Positions 53,012 to 64,000 of a stretch of DNA of 64,000 bases are shown here, in pieces (the stretch's first letter is position 1; each line of letters begins with the position of its first letter). The notes beneath the pieces were generated by a model, which made no database searches, was not told the DNA's origin, and was given only the letters and a program-made list of their open reading frames with translations. Source of the DNA: Octopus bimaculoides (Eukaryota); assembly GCF_001194135.2 (NCBI RefSeq), contig NC_069001.1, positions 33,457,559 through 33,521,558 on the forward strand. The letters are read 5' to 3'. Position numbers and translations under genes: made by a program.

Positions 53012-53649
53012 TTAATATGAACTGTTGCAGCAAATGTTGTTTTCACGGTTGGTTATCCATTCTATCACTAACCACCCAACTGTGTAGATGTAGTAGTGAT
53101 TAATTTTTATGCTAGACTGGCTGACACAAGGTAGTGTAATGTGTATTGCCTAATATGTGTGTAAGTGTGTGTCTTGATTATGAGTATATATGAGTATGGT
53201 AATTCATATTCTGTTTACTTAGACGGAGCTCAGCTTCCAGTCTTTTCACAGCGTACATACACACGCAACACACTCACGCGCGCACACACACACACGCACA
53301 CATATACACACACATACACACACACGTGTGTGAATGTGCGTGCGTTTTGTGTGAGTACGTGTGTGTGTGTGTGTGTATGAACCCACCCGAGCATGCATAT
53401 GATGGCTCTCTTTAAACTTGTAGTTGTTACTGTCACTGTTGCTGCTGCTGTTGCTACCGCTGCTGATGTTGCTTTTGTTGTTTTTGGGGTATATCATAGA
53501 AGCCGCAAGGTACCTTGCTGAGTTCGATTCAGCTCGCTAGGACTGGCAACGTTATGGTAGTTCCTTTGCTTTGAAGGAAACATAGTTAAAAGTACAGGAG
53601 TTCAGAGAAATTAATAATAAAGAAGTTACAAGCATTTAAAATTATGTAG

Positions 53650-53695
53650 TTTCAGCCAATTGAAGCTTCGATTGCTGAATATACCGGAAGTCGTG
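53650..53695. promoter_or_regulatory. Putative housekeeping-type promoter
   Basis: CCAAT at 53656 and ETS consensus ACCGGAAGT at 53683-53691, located at the right edge of the CpG-poor domain. Orientation unknown. Confidence 0.45.
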
Positions 53696-53964
53696 ATTGT
53701 TTGTCTCCATAGGAACAATAATTACGCGGTCTCTCAACCTGCAAGAAATAGTAGCCAAATCTCCCTTAAACTACGCCATAGCGTCTAAAAACACGTGGGA
53801 CGAAACATTGTGTTACAGCACCGTTTATTTGTTCGCCTGAGGCAAGTCTTTATGGGACAAAGATGGAAGTGTTGGAATGTGAAAACAAAAGGAAGAACTT
53901 GAAGGAGTCTGTATATAATGTTTGTGCCCATGTGATTGGTTTTACCAAACGTAGAATTGGTTTA

Positions 53965-54200
53965 TTGAAAATCTCGGGAAATGACTGGGAAGAAACTGCA
54001 ACTAATCGGGCAAGATGGAGGAAAGCAGTACATTGAGGGAAGTGAGAATTTCGAGACAGCTCGAAGAAATCAGGAAAAGGTGAAGAGAGATGCTAGAAAG
54101 GGTGTGGACGTGATATGGAATGTGGAAGAGTCTGCTTTAGCAGAACGGGACTGTAAAGTCAAAAAAGAAGCCACGTACAGGGAGTTGACTTATATTGAGC
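53965..54200 (+). mobile_element. RTE-clade LINE 3' fragment
   Basis: NDWEETATNRARWRKAVH.GSENFETARRNQEKVKRDARK...ECGRVCFSRTGL*SQKRSH. This is the RTE C-terminal helix plus zinc-finger-like tail, frameshifted. Confidence 0.75.
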
Positions 54201-54330
54201 CATACACAGCATAACAACACGCCATGAATGTATCAAAGTTTTCCTATCAACAGGAGTTCGAAACGACATATGAAAGAGCATGATGACGAAAATGTGGATC
54301 CTGTTCTTGGGGGGTAATCATATACATGTA

Positions 54331-55578
54331 CAAAGGTGGGTTGAAAAGTTCGTAGGCTGATTATGAAGGAGTGGCGATTGAACTGTGAATTCTCGCATGC
54401 GTTAATTTCAACCCATCTTATTAATAACTGCATTGTTTCTTTCCAGGTAAACTGACATCTGACTGTTCAAAGAAGACTTCAAAAGGTAACTAGTAGCAAC
54501 TTCTTTTGAAAATGAGCAAAATTTGGCATCGTGGTGTTATCAAGTACCTGCAGAAAAAGGGTTTAGCCCCTAAAACGACATTCATGCTGACATAGTTGCT
54601 ATATTAGGGGATGACACTCCAGCTTTATCAACAGTGCAAAAATGGCAAGCTGAATTTAGGAAGGGAAGGAAGAGTCTTGAAGATAATCCAAAGTCTGGAC
54701 GTCCTGGAACTGCCACCACCGAGGAAAACATTGATCGTGCTCACCACATATGGATTACAGACGTTTGAATATAAATCAAATAGCCAATCCTCTTAGCATA
54801 TCCCGTGAGAGGGTTGAATATATTCTGCACAATGAACTTGGCATGATAAAAGTTTCCTACTCGGTGGGTGCTACGTCCATTGACACCTAATCAAAAGTGC
54901 ACCAGGCTGATTACATCACGGGAAAATCTAACATTGTTTGAGGCAAATCCAGCTAGTCTTATTGAATGGTTTTTCATCCAGGATGAATATTGAATTCATC
55001 ACATTGACCCAGAGACAAAAAGACAGTCCATGCGGTGGAAACACCCCTACTCACCTGCTTCAAGAAAGCCAAGGCCGTTTCATCTGCAGGGAAGGTGATG
55101 GCCTCAGTTTTTCGAGATGCGAAATGCATTGTGTTTATTTACTATCTTCAAAAGTGTCACACCATCAATGGGGAATACTATGCTAATTTGCTGAGGCAGT
55201 TACGAAAGGCTATCAAGACTAAATGCTTCATGAGGACAATGCTCTAGCACACGTTCTTCGTTTCAATGGCTGATGTGCGTGACTATGCCTTTGAACTGGC
55301 TGATCAGCCCTTCATTTCTCTAGATTTGGCTCTATCTGACAATCATGTTTCCTATCATGAAAAAACACTTGGCTGGGAACCTGTATCGCAGTGATGATGA
55401 CGTCATATCTACTGTTGACTTTTTTGAGCAAACGGATGTAAGTTTCTTCACTCATGGAATCCAAACACTGCAACACCGATGGAAGAAGTGTGTGGGCTGC
55501 AAGGGGGATTGTGATCTCGTTTGGTCACTTTCCGTCAGAGTATGTTAATCAGCCTATGAAGTATTCAGCCGACCCTCG
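54331..55578 (+). mobile_element. Full-length decayed mariner with TIRs
   Basis: TA|caaaggtgggttgaaaagttcgtaggctga ... tcagcctatgaagtattcagccgaccctcg. Remnant ...SAGKVMASVFRDAKCIVFIYYLQKCHTINGEYYANLLRQLRKAIK... Confidence 0.92.
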
Positions 55579-55689
55579 CGTGTGAGTGTGTGTGTGTGTG
55601 TGTATGTGTGTGTGCGTATATGTGTGTCTGTGTATGTGTGTGGCTTGTGTGTATATCTATGTGTGTGTGTATTTGCATTTGTCCACCAC

Positions 55690-55915
55690 TACCTATTTCT
55701 TTATTGCCCACAAGGGGCTAAACATAGAGAGGACAAACAAGGACATACAAAGGGATTAAGTCGATTACATCGACCCCAGTGCTTAACTGGTACTTAATTT
55801 ATCGACCCCGAAAGGATGAAAGGTAAAGTCGACCTCGGCGGAATTTGAACTCAGAACGTAACGGCAGACGAAATACCGCTAAGTATTTCGCCCGGCATGC
55901 TAACGCTTCTGCCAC
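55690..55915 (-). mobile_element. tRNA-derived SINE family 3
   Basis: Minus strand head ggcagaagcgttagcatgccgggcgaaat...gagttcaaattccgccgaggtcgacttt and core gtcgataaattaagtaccag. Fragments of it occur at about 7150-7390, 23380, 31170-31330, 39370 and 51120. Confidence 0.88.
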
Positions 55916-56691
55916 TACCGCTTGACATCAAATGTTGGTTTGTTGACATCCCCGTCACTTGGTGGTTTACGGAAAGAAACTGATAGAATGAGTATCAGGC
56001 TTAGTTAAAAAACAAAAAAAATCAAAACAAAAACAACCAAACAAGAAGTACTGTTTGTTCGACTAACCCACTTCAAGGAAGAGCACCAATATGGCCGCAG
56101 ACAGATGACTGAAACAAGCGAAAGATACAATTTAAAAGGCGCGCACGCATACACACACACACAAACAAGCACACGGAAAATTGAAAGTGCAATTCCTCAT
56201 TGTGACTAACCATTTTCATCTCTATTAGGAATATTCAGGCTGTGGCGATTGAAGAATAGAAGCTGTATTTATAATTATTCACAAATATTTCCTCAGTTGT
56301 TTGTATATGTGACTGTTGTGGTGTGTCGTTTTTGTAATGAGTAAAAGTTTTTGTGTGAATTAGAATGATTCCTATTAGGTGTGAATGTGCCGAGAGGCGC
56401 GCATAAGGTGTTTTAGATGATTTTGCTGGTTTAATTTAAGGCAAAGAGTATTCTGATATTGGGGTATGTGGACCTGTACGATAGAGACAAAAAAAAAAAA
56501 AAAACAAGAAAAAAATTATTGACTATGGAAATACATAGGTGGGTACCGTGAACTAAGACGTGACATTTTGGTAAAGATTGTCGCTTCGGGTGGTGTTTTA
56601 GCGACTTGTAACTTCAATTCCCCAATGAAAACCTATTGAAACGTACTTAAGTGTTGTTTCTCCCTATATATTAAATATATAGGAATCTCCT

Positions 56692-56722
<31 letters not shown>

Positions 56723-56959
56723 TAATCATAAAGGCAATAAACGTAATCGGACACTAGTGTGGTGCTTCCCGCTATGGTTTTATTGTCATCCACTCATTTG
56801 GAAATAGTTGATAGGAGGATGAAAGTTTAATATTCCTTTCATCTTTCTTACCATTTAGATAATTTAAAAAAATGTTTCTTAAAGGTAACACAGTCAATGA
56901 ATAATGTAAGACGCATATCGGGCAAGGGTTATGTATGCTGGGAATGGGGGATGTAATGA

Positions 56960-58110
56960 AATTATATGACTTCGCTGCATAACTGCAAAAGCACCGCAAG
57001 CATTTATTTCATAAGTTTGTGCCAACTACCTATGATATTTTCGCTTGTTTTCAATATTTTATTGTCGGTACCTATTACTGTGCCCAACGGACTTTTCTTA
57101 ATCGGTTCATTAGTCACTCACTCACTCATCAATAATACGGCTACATTAGACGCAGGGCTATTTTTTAATATATGTAAAAATAAAAATATGTGCGTCTTAT
57201 ACGCTGGCAGATACGGTAAATATCCAATGCGAACAAAATGAAAAGCATGCAACATAAGCTGACCTACTTGTATAATATATATAATGTATTGTTCCGTTTT
57301 TCGTGGGATCAGCAAATGTATCGAGTGCTGAAGGAGAATCTCAGAAGCCGCTCCCAGAAGATGTTTCATCGTGATGAGCTCACGCATGAGACTGGAGAGA
57401 AGTCGTTTTATCCCGCGTCAGAATGTTGAAGGCACGCTGCCCAACCTGATGTTCATTGACGAAAAGAAATTTGGCATCGAACACACAGTAAACCACCAGA
57501 ACGACCGACTTTGAAGTGTATCTGACTCCATCGAGGGTAGACTCGTAAATGACATCAATATCTACAATCAGTTATGGTTTGGGAAGCTTTGACAGCCACT
57601 GGAAGATCTCGCCTCATTTTTGTGACTCCCCGGTGTTAAAATAAACATCCAGCAACACATTAGCGACATCTTAGAAGCTGAAATAATTCTATGGGCGAAT
57701 GAGCACTTTCAAGGCCCACCTTGGGGCCTCCAACAGGACTCGGCACCATCCCACTGCTTCAAACAGACACAATACTGGATTCAGAAAAAAACATTCCGTC
57801 GTTCATAGGCAAGGATGTATGGCCCCCAAGAAGCTCCGATCTCAATCCGTTGGATTTTTCTGTTTGGTCCATTTGAGAAACGAGGGTCTCGAGCACTCCT
57901 CGTGCTTCGCTCGATGTTCTGAAGGCAAAACTGCGCCAGAAATGGGTTTCGATTCTGCAAGAACAGCTGCGCGCCGCGTGTGAAGCATTCGCACCTAGAC
58001 TTAAGGCTTTGGTTCAAAACAGATATGGTCATATCGAATAAATGTGCTAGTGTCATAACTGTTTTCTGTACCATTGCAATTCAACGCTCGGACCCGAAAT
58101 ATAACAGTAT
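56960..58110 (+). mobile_element. maT/DD37D-like transposon remnant
   Basis: MFIDEKKFGIEHTVNHQNDRL...QSVMVW..LTATGRS...GVKIN...QQDSAPSH...LDVLKAKLRQKW...LRAACEAF..RLKALVQNRYGHIE with frameshifts. Confidence 0.88.
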
Positions 58111-58512
58111 TTTGCTTTGGCAAAATTGAAAAAAAGTTGGTTGCCTTTATATATATACATACAAATACACACACACATGTACATACATATACACACATAT
58201 TATGTAACAGATAAAATAGTATCTAAGGATGGTGATGATATTGGTGATAATGGTTAAGATAGTCGTAATGATACTGGTAATAATAGTGATAGTGTTAAGA
58301 ATGACGGTCGAGACCAAGGAATTAGTAAGGACGGTGATAATGATGATGATGATAATGTTGGTAATGACGCTATTGTGCTTTTAGCGGTGGTACAACTAGG
58401 CAGCCAAAAAGTTATTCTATGTTTCTCTGTAATTTAGTTATATGCATAAAGTTTATAAGCAAGGTGCGCCGCAAAAGAAAGAATCAACTGTGTGTGTGTG
58501 TGNNNNNNNNNN

Positions 58513-58556
<44 letters not shown>

Positions 58557-58868
58557 AAGAGAGAGAGAGAGAGGGTGATAGAGAGTCAGTGGAATGAAAG
58601 TGAGTGGGTGAGAGGGGAAAAAGAGAAGTGGGTAGATATGTCACTACGCATTTTGCGCATGTATGAATAATGGTTGGCTGTTGATTACCATTCGTTATTA
58701 GTTCAATACACACATGTCCAAACACACACAGTGACACAAAAGGCACAAGGATGTAAATACATACACGTATATCTACTACACACTCATATACTTGTGTGAA
58801 TGTGCATTTGTGTGTGTGCAAGTGTGCGCGTATGTATGTGCATATGTATGTGTGTATAATATATATAT

Positions 58869-58901
<33 letters not shown>

Positions 58902-59014
58902 GGAGAGAGAAAGAGAAAATGACTGAGAGAGTATGTATGTACGCGAAAGAGAAAGAGAGAGAGAGAGGTGGAGCGATGTAAGATAGATTTGTGTGTGTTG
59001 GGGTGGTGGTAATT

Positions 59015-59490
59015 TTAATAAACACATTTTAAACCTCATTCTGAAGAGTAGATACTGTGCTTAAACCGCATGTTTTCAGAAAGGACATTGACTTGACTAG
59101 TTTCCTCCCGTATCTTTTCATTTATCAAAGGCTAATTTGATTACTCATTTTCCCGACCATTGAGAGAGTAGTAGCTAAAATTCAGATAATTGAATTGGTG
59201 TGTCTACATTGCATAACGGTACAAGCGTTGGAAACGTGTATTAAGAGAAGCACTACAAAGAAATTTCCGTGACATTCTGATAAATCTACGGATGTATGTT
59301 TCTAGTAAATACATTTTAAACCTTTCTATAAAAAGTACATATTATGACTAAGCCGCATGTTTTTCTCTTTGAGAATAAATGACTGACCTCTGAAACTAAT
59401 CAGGCCGATCTCCTTTTTCTGAGAGAAAAAACGCGGTTTAACAACAGTATCTGCTTTTCACAGCAAGGCTGAAAATGTGTGTTTTCTAAA
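59015..59490. mobile_element. MITE-like fold-back element with about 70 bp inverted ends and an internal third copy
   Basis: 59020-59085 matches the reverse complement of 59415-59485; 59305-59375 is a direct copy of the left end. Confidence 0.6.
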
Positions 59491-59699
59491 AGAAACGCCC
59501 ATAAGCCTAACATACATAAGCATAGAAAAGCGCAGTGCAGTTATTTTATTTACGTGTAAGTTTGTATGTGTGCACAAATATTCATTCATAAATATACAGA
59601 TATACACATATTTACATACATACGTCATCACCGATGTTTCCTGGGGTTTTAAGTGTTTCGAGTTTTTCAACAACCAGACATTTTCACCAAGGTGACCCA

Positions 59700-60090
59700 G
59701 TTAGGATCGATCAAGCCCCATCTTGTGCCCAGTTAGCACTACTCTTGTTAGCATTGCCTTTTCCAGAGTTTGCTCCTCCTGATCTATAGCCACCTTGAGG
59801 TAATCTCTGCCACCTACTGACTTATGCGATGCACTAGCGTAACTGGGGGAGGATGAGGTGGCAGGGCCGGTCAGCCCGGGCGGCACTTTTGGGTCTGCTG
59901 TAGGCAATATGTGCTTTATTGTGGGATTCGGCGGTGGCAAACGGAAGAGCCATCCCGGGCTCACACACTCTAGCTACGCAAGCGATGCGATGCCCAGTGT
60001 ATTGTAGGATCTACAGAGGGACTGACCTGCAAAAGCTTTGCATTCTACCGCGATGGGCTCACGACTTGTTTACCACCCATTGCTTTGACG
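59700..60090 (-). mobile_element. Heavily decayed RLE-LINE fragment interrupted by the hAT MITE
   Basis: Removing the MITE joins SVDPTIHWASHKSVGGRDYLKVAIDQEEQTLE, which resembles the DVDRLYxxRxxGGRGLxxV region of R4-type elements. Confidence 0.4.
59832..59984. mobile_element. hAT-type MITE with 8-bp TSD
   Basis: ATGCGATG duplicated at 59824-59831 and 59985-59992. Ends CACTAGCGTAACTGG and (reverse complement) CGCTTGCGTAGCTAG match 11/15. Confidence 0.8.
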
Positions 60091-60149
60091 TTGCTCCACC
60101 ACCTTCTCTTACTCTCATTAGCCTCTTCAATGCGATCCTCCCAAGAGAA

Positions 60150-60430
60150 CAATTTGCTTAGATGTTACTAAAATTGGCACCATATCTGGCTGTCCGAATG
60201 AGGTTTGGTCTCCGCATCATCCATCCTCAACAAAAACGATGTTCGCATCACACCACAACACTCAGACAGAAATATTTCACCTCTGGCCCTGCTCTCTTTA
60301 ACATCATGCCGAGATACATAAGAGAAGAGATCTTATAACATTCAAACGGTTGCTGGACAAATATCTCCAACGAATTCTAGATAAACCACCTATATCTAGA
60401 TATACCCGTAAAAAATAACTCTTTACTCGA
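60150..60430 (+). mobile_element. LINE 3' end remnant (CR1/L2-group type)
   Basis: FTSGPALFNIMPRYIREE..ITFKRLLDKYLQRILDKP resembles the conserved GPxLFNxLP...FKxxLDxxL tail. Confidence 0.65.
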
Positions 60431-61769
60431 ATAGGTAATAGTGTCCAAAGAATGACTGTAATATGAAACATCGTAAAATGTCTTTTCCAGGTGGTGCCAA
60501 TTCTGGCCGAAACCTTATCTAAGTGCGCGTGCGCGTGCACTCCCCCTCCCCCTCTCCCCTCCCCTCCAGTTTATATGGAAAAGAATGAGATAAAGTAAGA
60601 AACGCGCCCGAAAGAGAGGGAAATGAAGAAAAAGAGTGGGAGAGGGGGCGCGACATACTACGAGGAATCGATAAAGTAAGCCTCTCCCTACCACCTGTTC
60701 CCTATAAAATAAACTTGACCCATATTATAGGGTATAGTTAAAACAGAGGCCCCTTACTACATTACTGCAATCAATAACAGTCCGGCAAAGTGTTCACTAT
60801 ACATGCGCCTTTCATAGATGTCACATTTAGAAGTCTTTTTTCTCATGTAGCAAATCCTGATGAAATAAACATGTACGTGCGCGCGCACATGCACGCACAC
60901 ACGCACACATATACGCGCACACGCACACTTACACGCAACACACTTTCTCCTTTAGTTTCTCTCGTTCACTCTCTTGTATTTTTGCCCTTCTTGTTTACTT
61001 GTATACCTTCTCTATTCTCCCCCTCTTTCTGTTGCCCTTTTATATTTCTCCAGTCTTTCTTTCACCATCACAATTTCTTACTCCATCTTTTGGTTGCTGA
61101 GACCTTTCATTTGTAATGTCTTTATATTGCGACCAAAATAAATAAACATGTAAATAAAATATAAATTCTGGCCTTAATTTTACAAAGGAATAACTTGCAG
61201 TTAAAGGAAGATCTGAGAGGAAAAGGGTTTAACAGAAGTTATAGCCAGGAATGTGGTTGCAAGAAAAACTGAAGAACCAAAGACGCGTCAATGTTGATAA
61301 TTAATTTAAAAGTAAAATTCCATCCACCCCCTCTCGTAGCTCATCTCTTTCTATTAGCCCTTTTTTGTAGTCCTTTTCTCTCTTTAAACATTTCTCACAC
61401 TCCTTTTCTACTTTCCCTCTTCTTTTAGATCTCCCCTCCTCTCTCATTGACATTACAGACCTGATATTAGTTTTCATATCTCTTTATTTTACCTTCTATA
61501 AGATTAAACACGCGCACACACTCCCTTACAAACAATCAAATATTACAGTTTTCCGAACGAAAGAAGGAGAGAGTACTCAATATCTGCTGTAAAGTGCATT
61601 GTTTATTTAGCCCGCATTATTTCTCCCGTGGGCTTCAGTTTCACACCACTGTAATCTTCGTAGTCGTGTAAAACTCGACTTGTAAGGAAAAGCGGGCGCG
61701 TTCGTGTAGTGTATGTATGTATGTATGTATGTATGTATATATGTGTGTCTTTATGTGTGTATAAGAGAG

Positions 61770-61813
<44 letters not shown>

Positions 61814-61814
61814 A

Positions 61815-64000
61815 TCGAATTGTGACATCATTGCCACGTTGGGCTTCCACCACTCGGGCCCATCCTGCAGCAATGATTCCTTCGCAACCCATTGCACGTT
61901 GTCTAGTCCTGACAATGCAACCCATGTGTTTGGCTTCGAGCTGCTGGTTTAACATCAGTCTCTTGGCTTTCACCTGAGCCGCATAGCCAGTTCACATTGC
62001 TTCCTCTAAGTCCTTAACTATTTCTGATTCCCTTCTAGCCTCTCTAACCACTAAACCTATGCTATATCTGATAGACTCACTTGATGGGTCGCTTGAGGGC
62101 ATACTACCATTTGTTGTTAATAATGGATCTGGTTAATGCCCTCTGAATTAACATCTTAATCCGGTCTCTGTACTCCTTAATCACCAAAAGGGACGTATTA
62201 AGTTTCCAGTAGCCAAGACCTCTATATAACTTATCTGTGTCGAGCTTACAGGTGGCCATCTTCTGATCACTGTAGCTGACCATGTGAAACTGTGGACACC
62301 TAGCTATCTTCTTATCTACTTTTCTAATTACTATTCTATCTAGATAAGACCTGGAATATCGGTGGCTATTTGCCAATGTCCACAATGGGGCATTCGGAAA
62401 TTCCAGTCTATATGGATCTACCAGCTCAAAACGTCTTAGTAGATCCCGGAAGCAAGCATTACTTATCCTATTAACACACGAGCCAACATAATCNNNNNNN
62501 NNNNNNNNNNNNNNNNNNNNNNNNNNNNNNNNNNNNNNNNNNNNNNNNNNNNNNNNNNNNNNNNNNNNNNNNNNNNNNNNNNNNNNNNNNNNNNNNNNNN
62601 NNNNNNNNNNNNNNNNNNNNNNNNNNNNNNNNNNNNNNNNNNNNNNNNNNNNNNNNNNNNNNNNNNNNNNNNNNNNNNNNNNNNNNNNNNNNNNNNNNNN
62701 NNNNNNNNNNNNNNNNNNNNNNNNNNNNNNNNNNNNNNNNNNNNNNNNNNNNNNNNNNNNNNNNNNNNNNNNNNNNNNNNNNNNNNNNNNNNNNNNNNNN
62801 NNNNNNNNNNNNNNNNNNNNNNNNNNNNNNNNNNNNNNNNNNNNNNNNNNNNNNNNNNNNNNNNNNNNNNNNNNNNNNNNNNNNNNNNNNNNNNNNNNNN
62901 NNNNNNNNNNNNNNNNNNNNNNNNNNNNNNNNNNNNNNNNNNNNNNNNNNNNNNNNNNNNNNNNNNNNNNNNNNNNNNNNNNNNNNNTTAATAGGACCAA
63001 CACCACCCCGTTCCTGCTATGAGGACAGCACGGAGAGATGAAACTCTCGTAACCGTCAAACAGCAGAAGCAGATCTCTTGGCCCCTTCAACCGGATTTCG
63101 GTAGCAACAACAACATCTAAATCCCGTGACTTGACGTCATTTAGGAGGCGTCCTTGCTTCCAACTAGACGTCAGGCCACGCACATTTATACATCCAACGT
63201 GAATGCTTGACATGGACTTACCTTAGTCAGTGGTACTCTCTTTTTCGCTGGTTCGTGAGTTGATATTCTGACATAGGTCCTCGTACATTGATTTGTTAAA
63301 ATCAAGTCTTGGAGGACCCATGTCAGTTGGGTGGTAGTTTTTAAAATATTATAGCTCATTTCGTCCATTTTATAGATGGCAATATTTTCTGGAGTCTTAT
63401 AATGATGTTTGTAAATTGACGCCGTTGGTATTTGCTTTAATCTATTTTTTAATTGTTCGTTATCGTTGTTTATTGCAGTCAGGATTTCCTTATATTCGAA
63501 TGTTTTTGTTGGGCTTGATATCGGGGACAGATTGCCTGGGCTTGGCGAGTGAGGGGTGATGTTTGGAATAGAGTGGAAATCCGAACTAGAGGGACAAGGG
63601 GGTACTCATCGCCGAGGGGGAAATAGGATGGGGAGCAATCTGATATTGTTGACTTTTGAGGGAAATAATGGTGGGGTGAGGTAATTTTCCTTTGAGTGTC
63701 CTGAGTTTTTTTTTGGCTGTTGTAGGGTTGGGTTGGTTGTTATTATTGTTTTTCCTTCTTTTGGTTTTTACTACCGACCAGCCGTCTTTTTCCCCGGCTT
63801 GTTGAACACCATCAATGCCGGAGTTCTGCTGGTCGGTCTTTTGGTTTTGTTGTTTTTTTCCCCTCTTCTTTCTCCTTGCGGGTGGGGCAGTTTACCCGAA
63901 TGTGGCTTTTTTCGTCACATTTGGGTTTCCTGCTCTCCACGCAAGGTGGTTACTTTTACGATATGGATGTTTTCTGCAATTTCTTCTAAAGTCTGGGGGG
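61815..64000 (-). mobile_element. L1/Tx1-clade retrotransposon: ORF1 remnant plus ORF2 N-terminal part
   Basis: ORF1 region contains a partial knuckle KCDEKSHIRVNCP. ORF2 is an AP endonuclease (GCINVRGL...VATE...SYLDRI...SDQK...GYWKLNTSLL) followed by a degenerate linker, and is lost at a microsatellite near 61815. Runs off the window edge. Confidence 0.88.
62104..63213 (-). pseudogene. Tx1/L1 ORF2 apurinic-type endonuclease domain, premature stop, partly in gap
   Basis: ORF track 369 aa including about 170 X; hallmark endonuclease motifs on both sides of the gap. Confidence 0.85.

Overview
AT-rich, microsatellite- and gap-riddled eukaryotic genomic DNA. The SINE and repeat complement and the (TA)n-flanked N gaps look like an octopod cephalopod short-read assembly (inference). 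One gene is reconstructed confidently: SINHCAF/FAM60A on the minus strand, with 4 coding exons (6773-6555, 4409-4307, 3786-3660, 2060-1847), canonical GT-AG sites, consistent phases and 220 aa. Most of the remainder is decayed mobile DNA: several Tc1/mariner lineages, MITEs, LINE remnants (R4/Dong-like RLE, RTE, jockey/CR1-type, Tx1/L1) and at least three tRNA-SINE families. The most unusual structure lies immediately upstream of SINHCAF, head-to-head with it (about 9.0-13.9 kb). It is five diverged tandem copies of a plus-strand cassette: GA-rich tract, ATTGG/GCAGACGAC/TCACGTGA motif block, about 150 nt, a 5' splice donor, about 130 nt, an AG, then a dispersed-repeat unit. This looks like an array of duplicated promoters/first exons. 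Two more promoter-like sites (about 37.35 kb and 53.68 kb) bracket a CpG-depleted 13 kb domain that probably hides a further gene whose exons I could not identify. All alignments and CpG assessments were done by eye.
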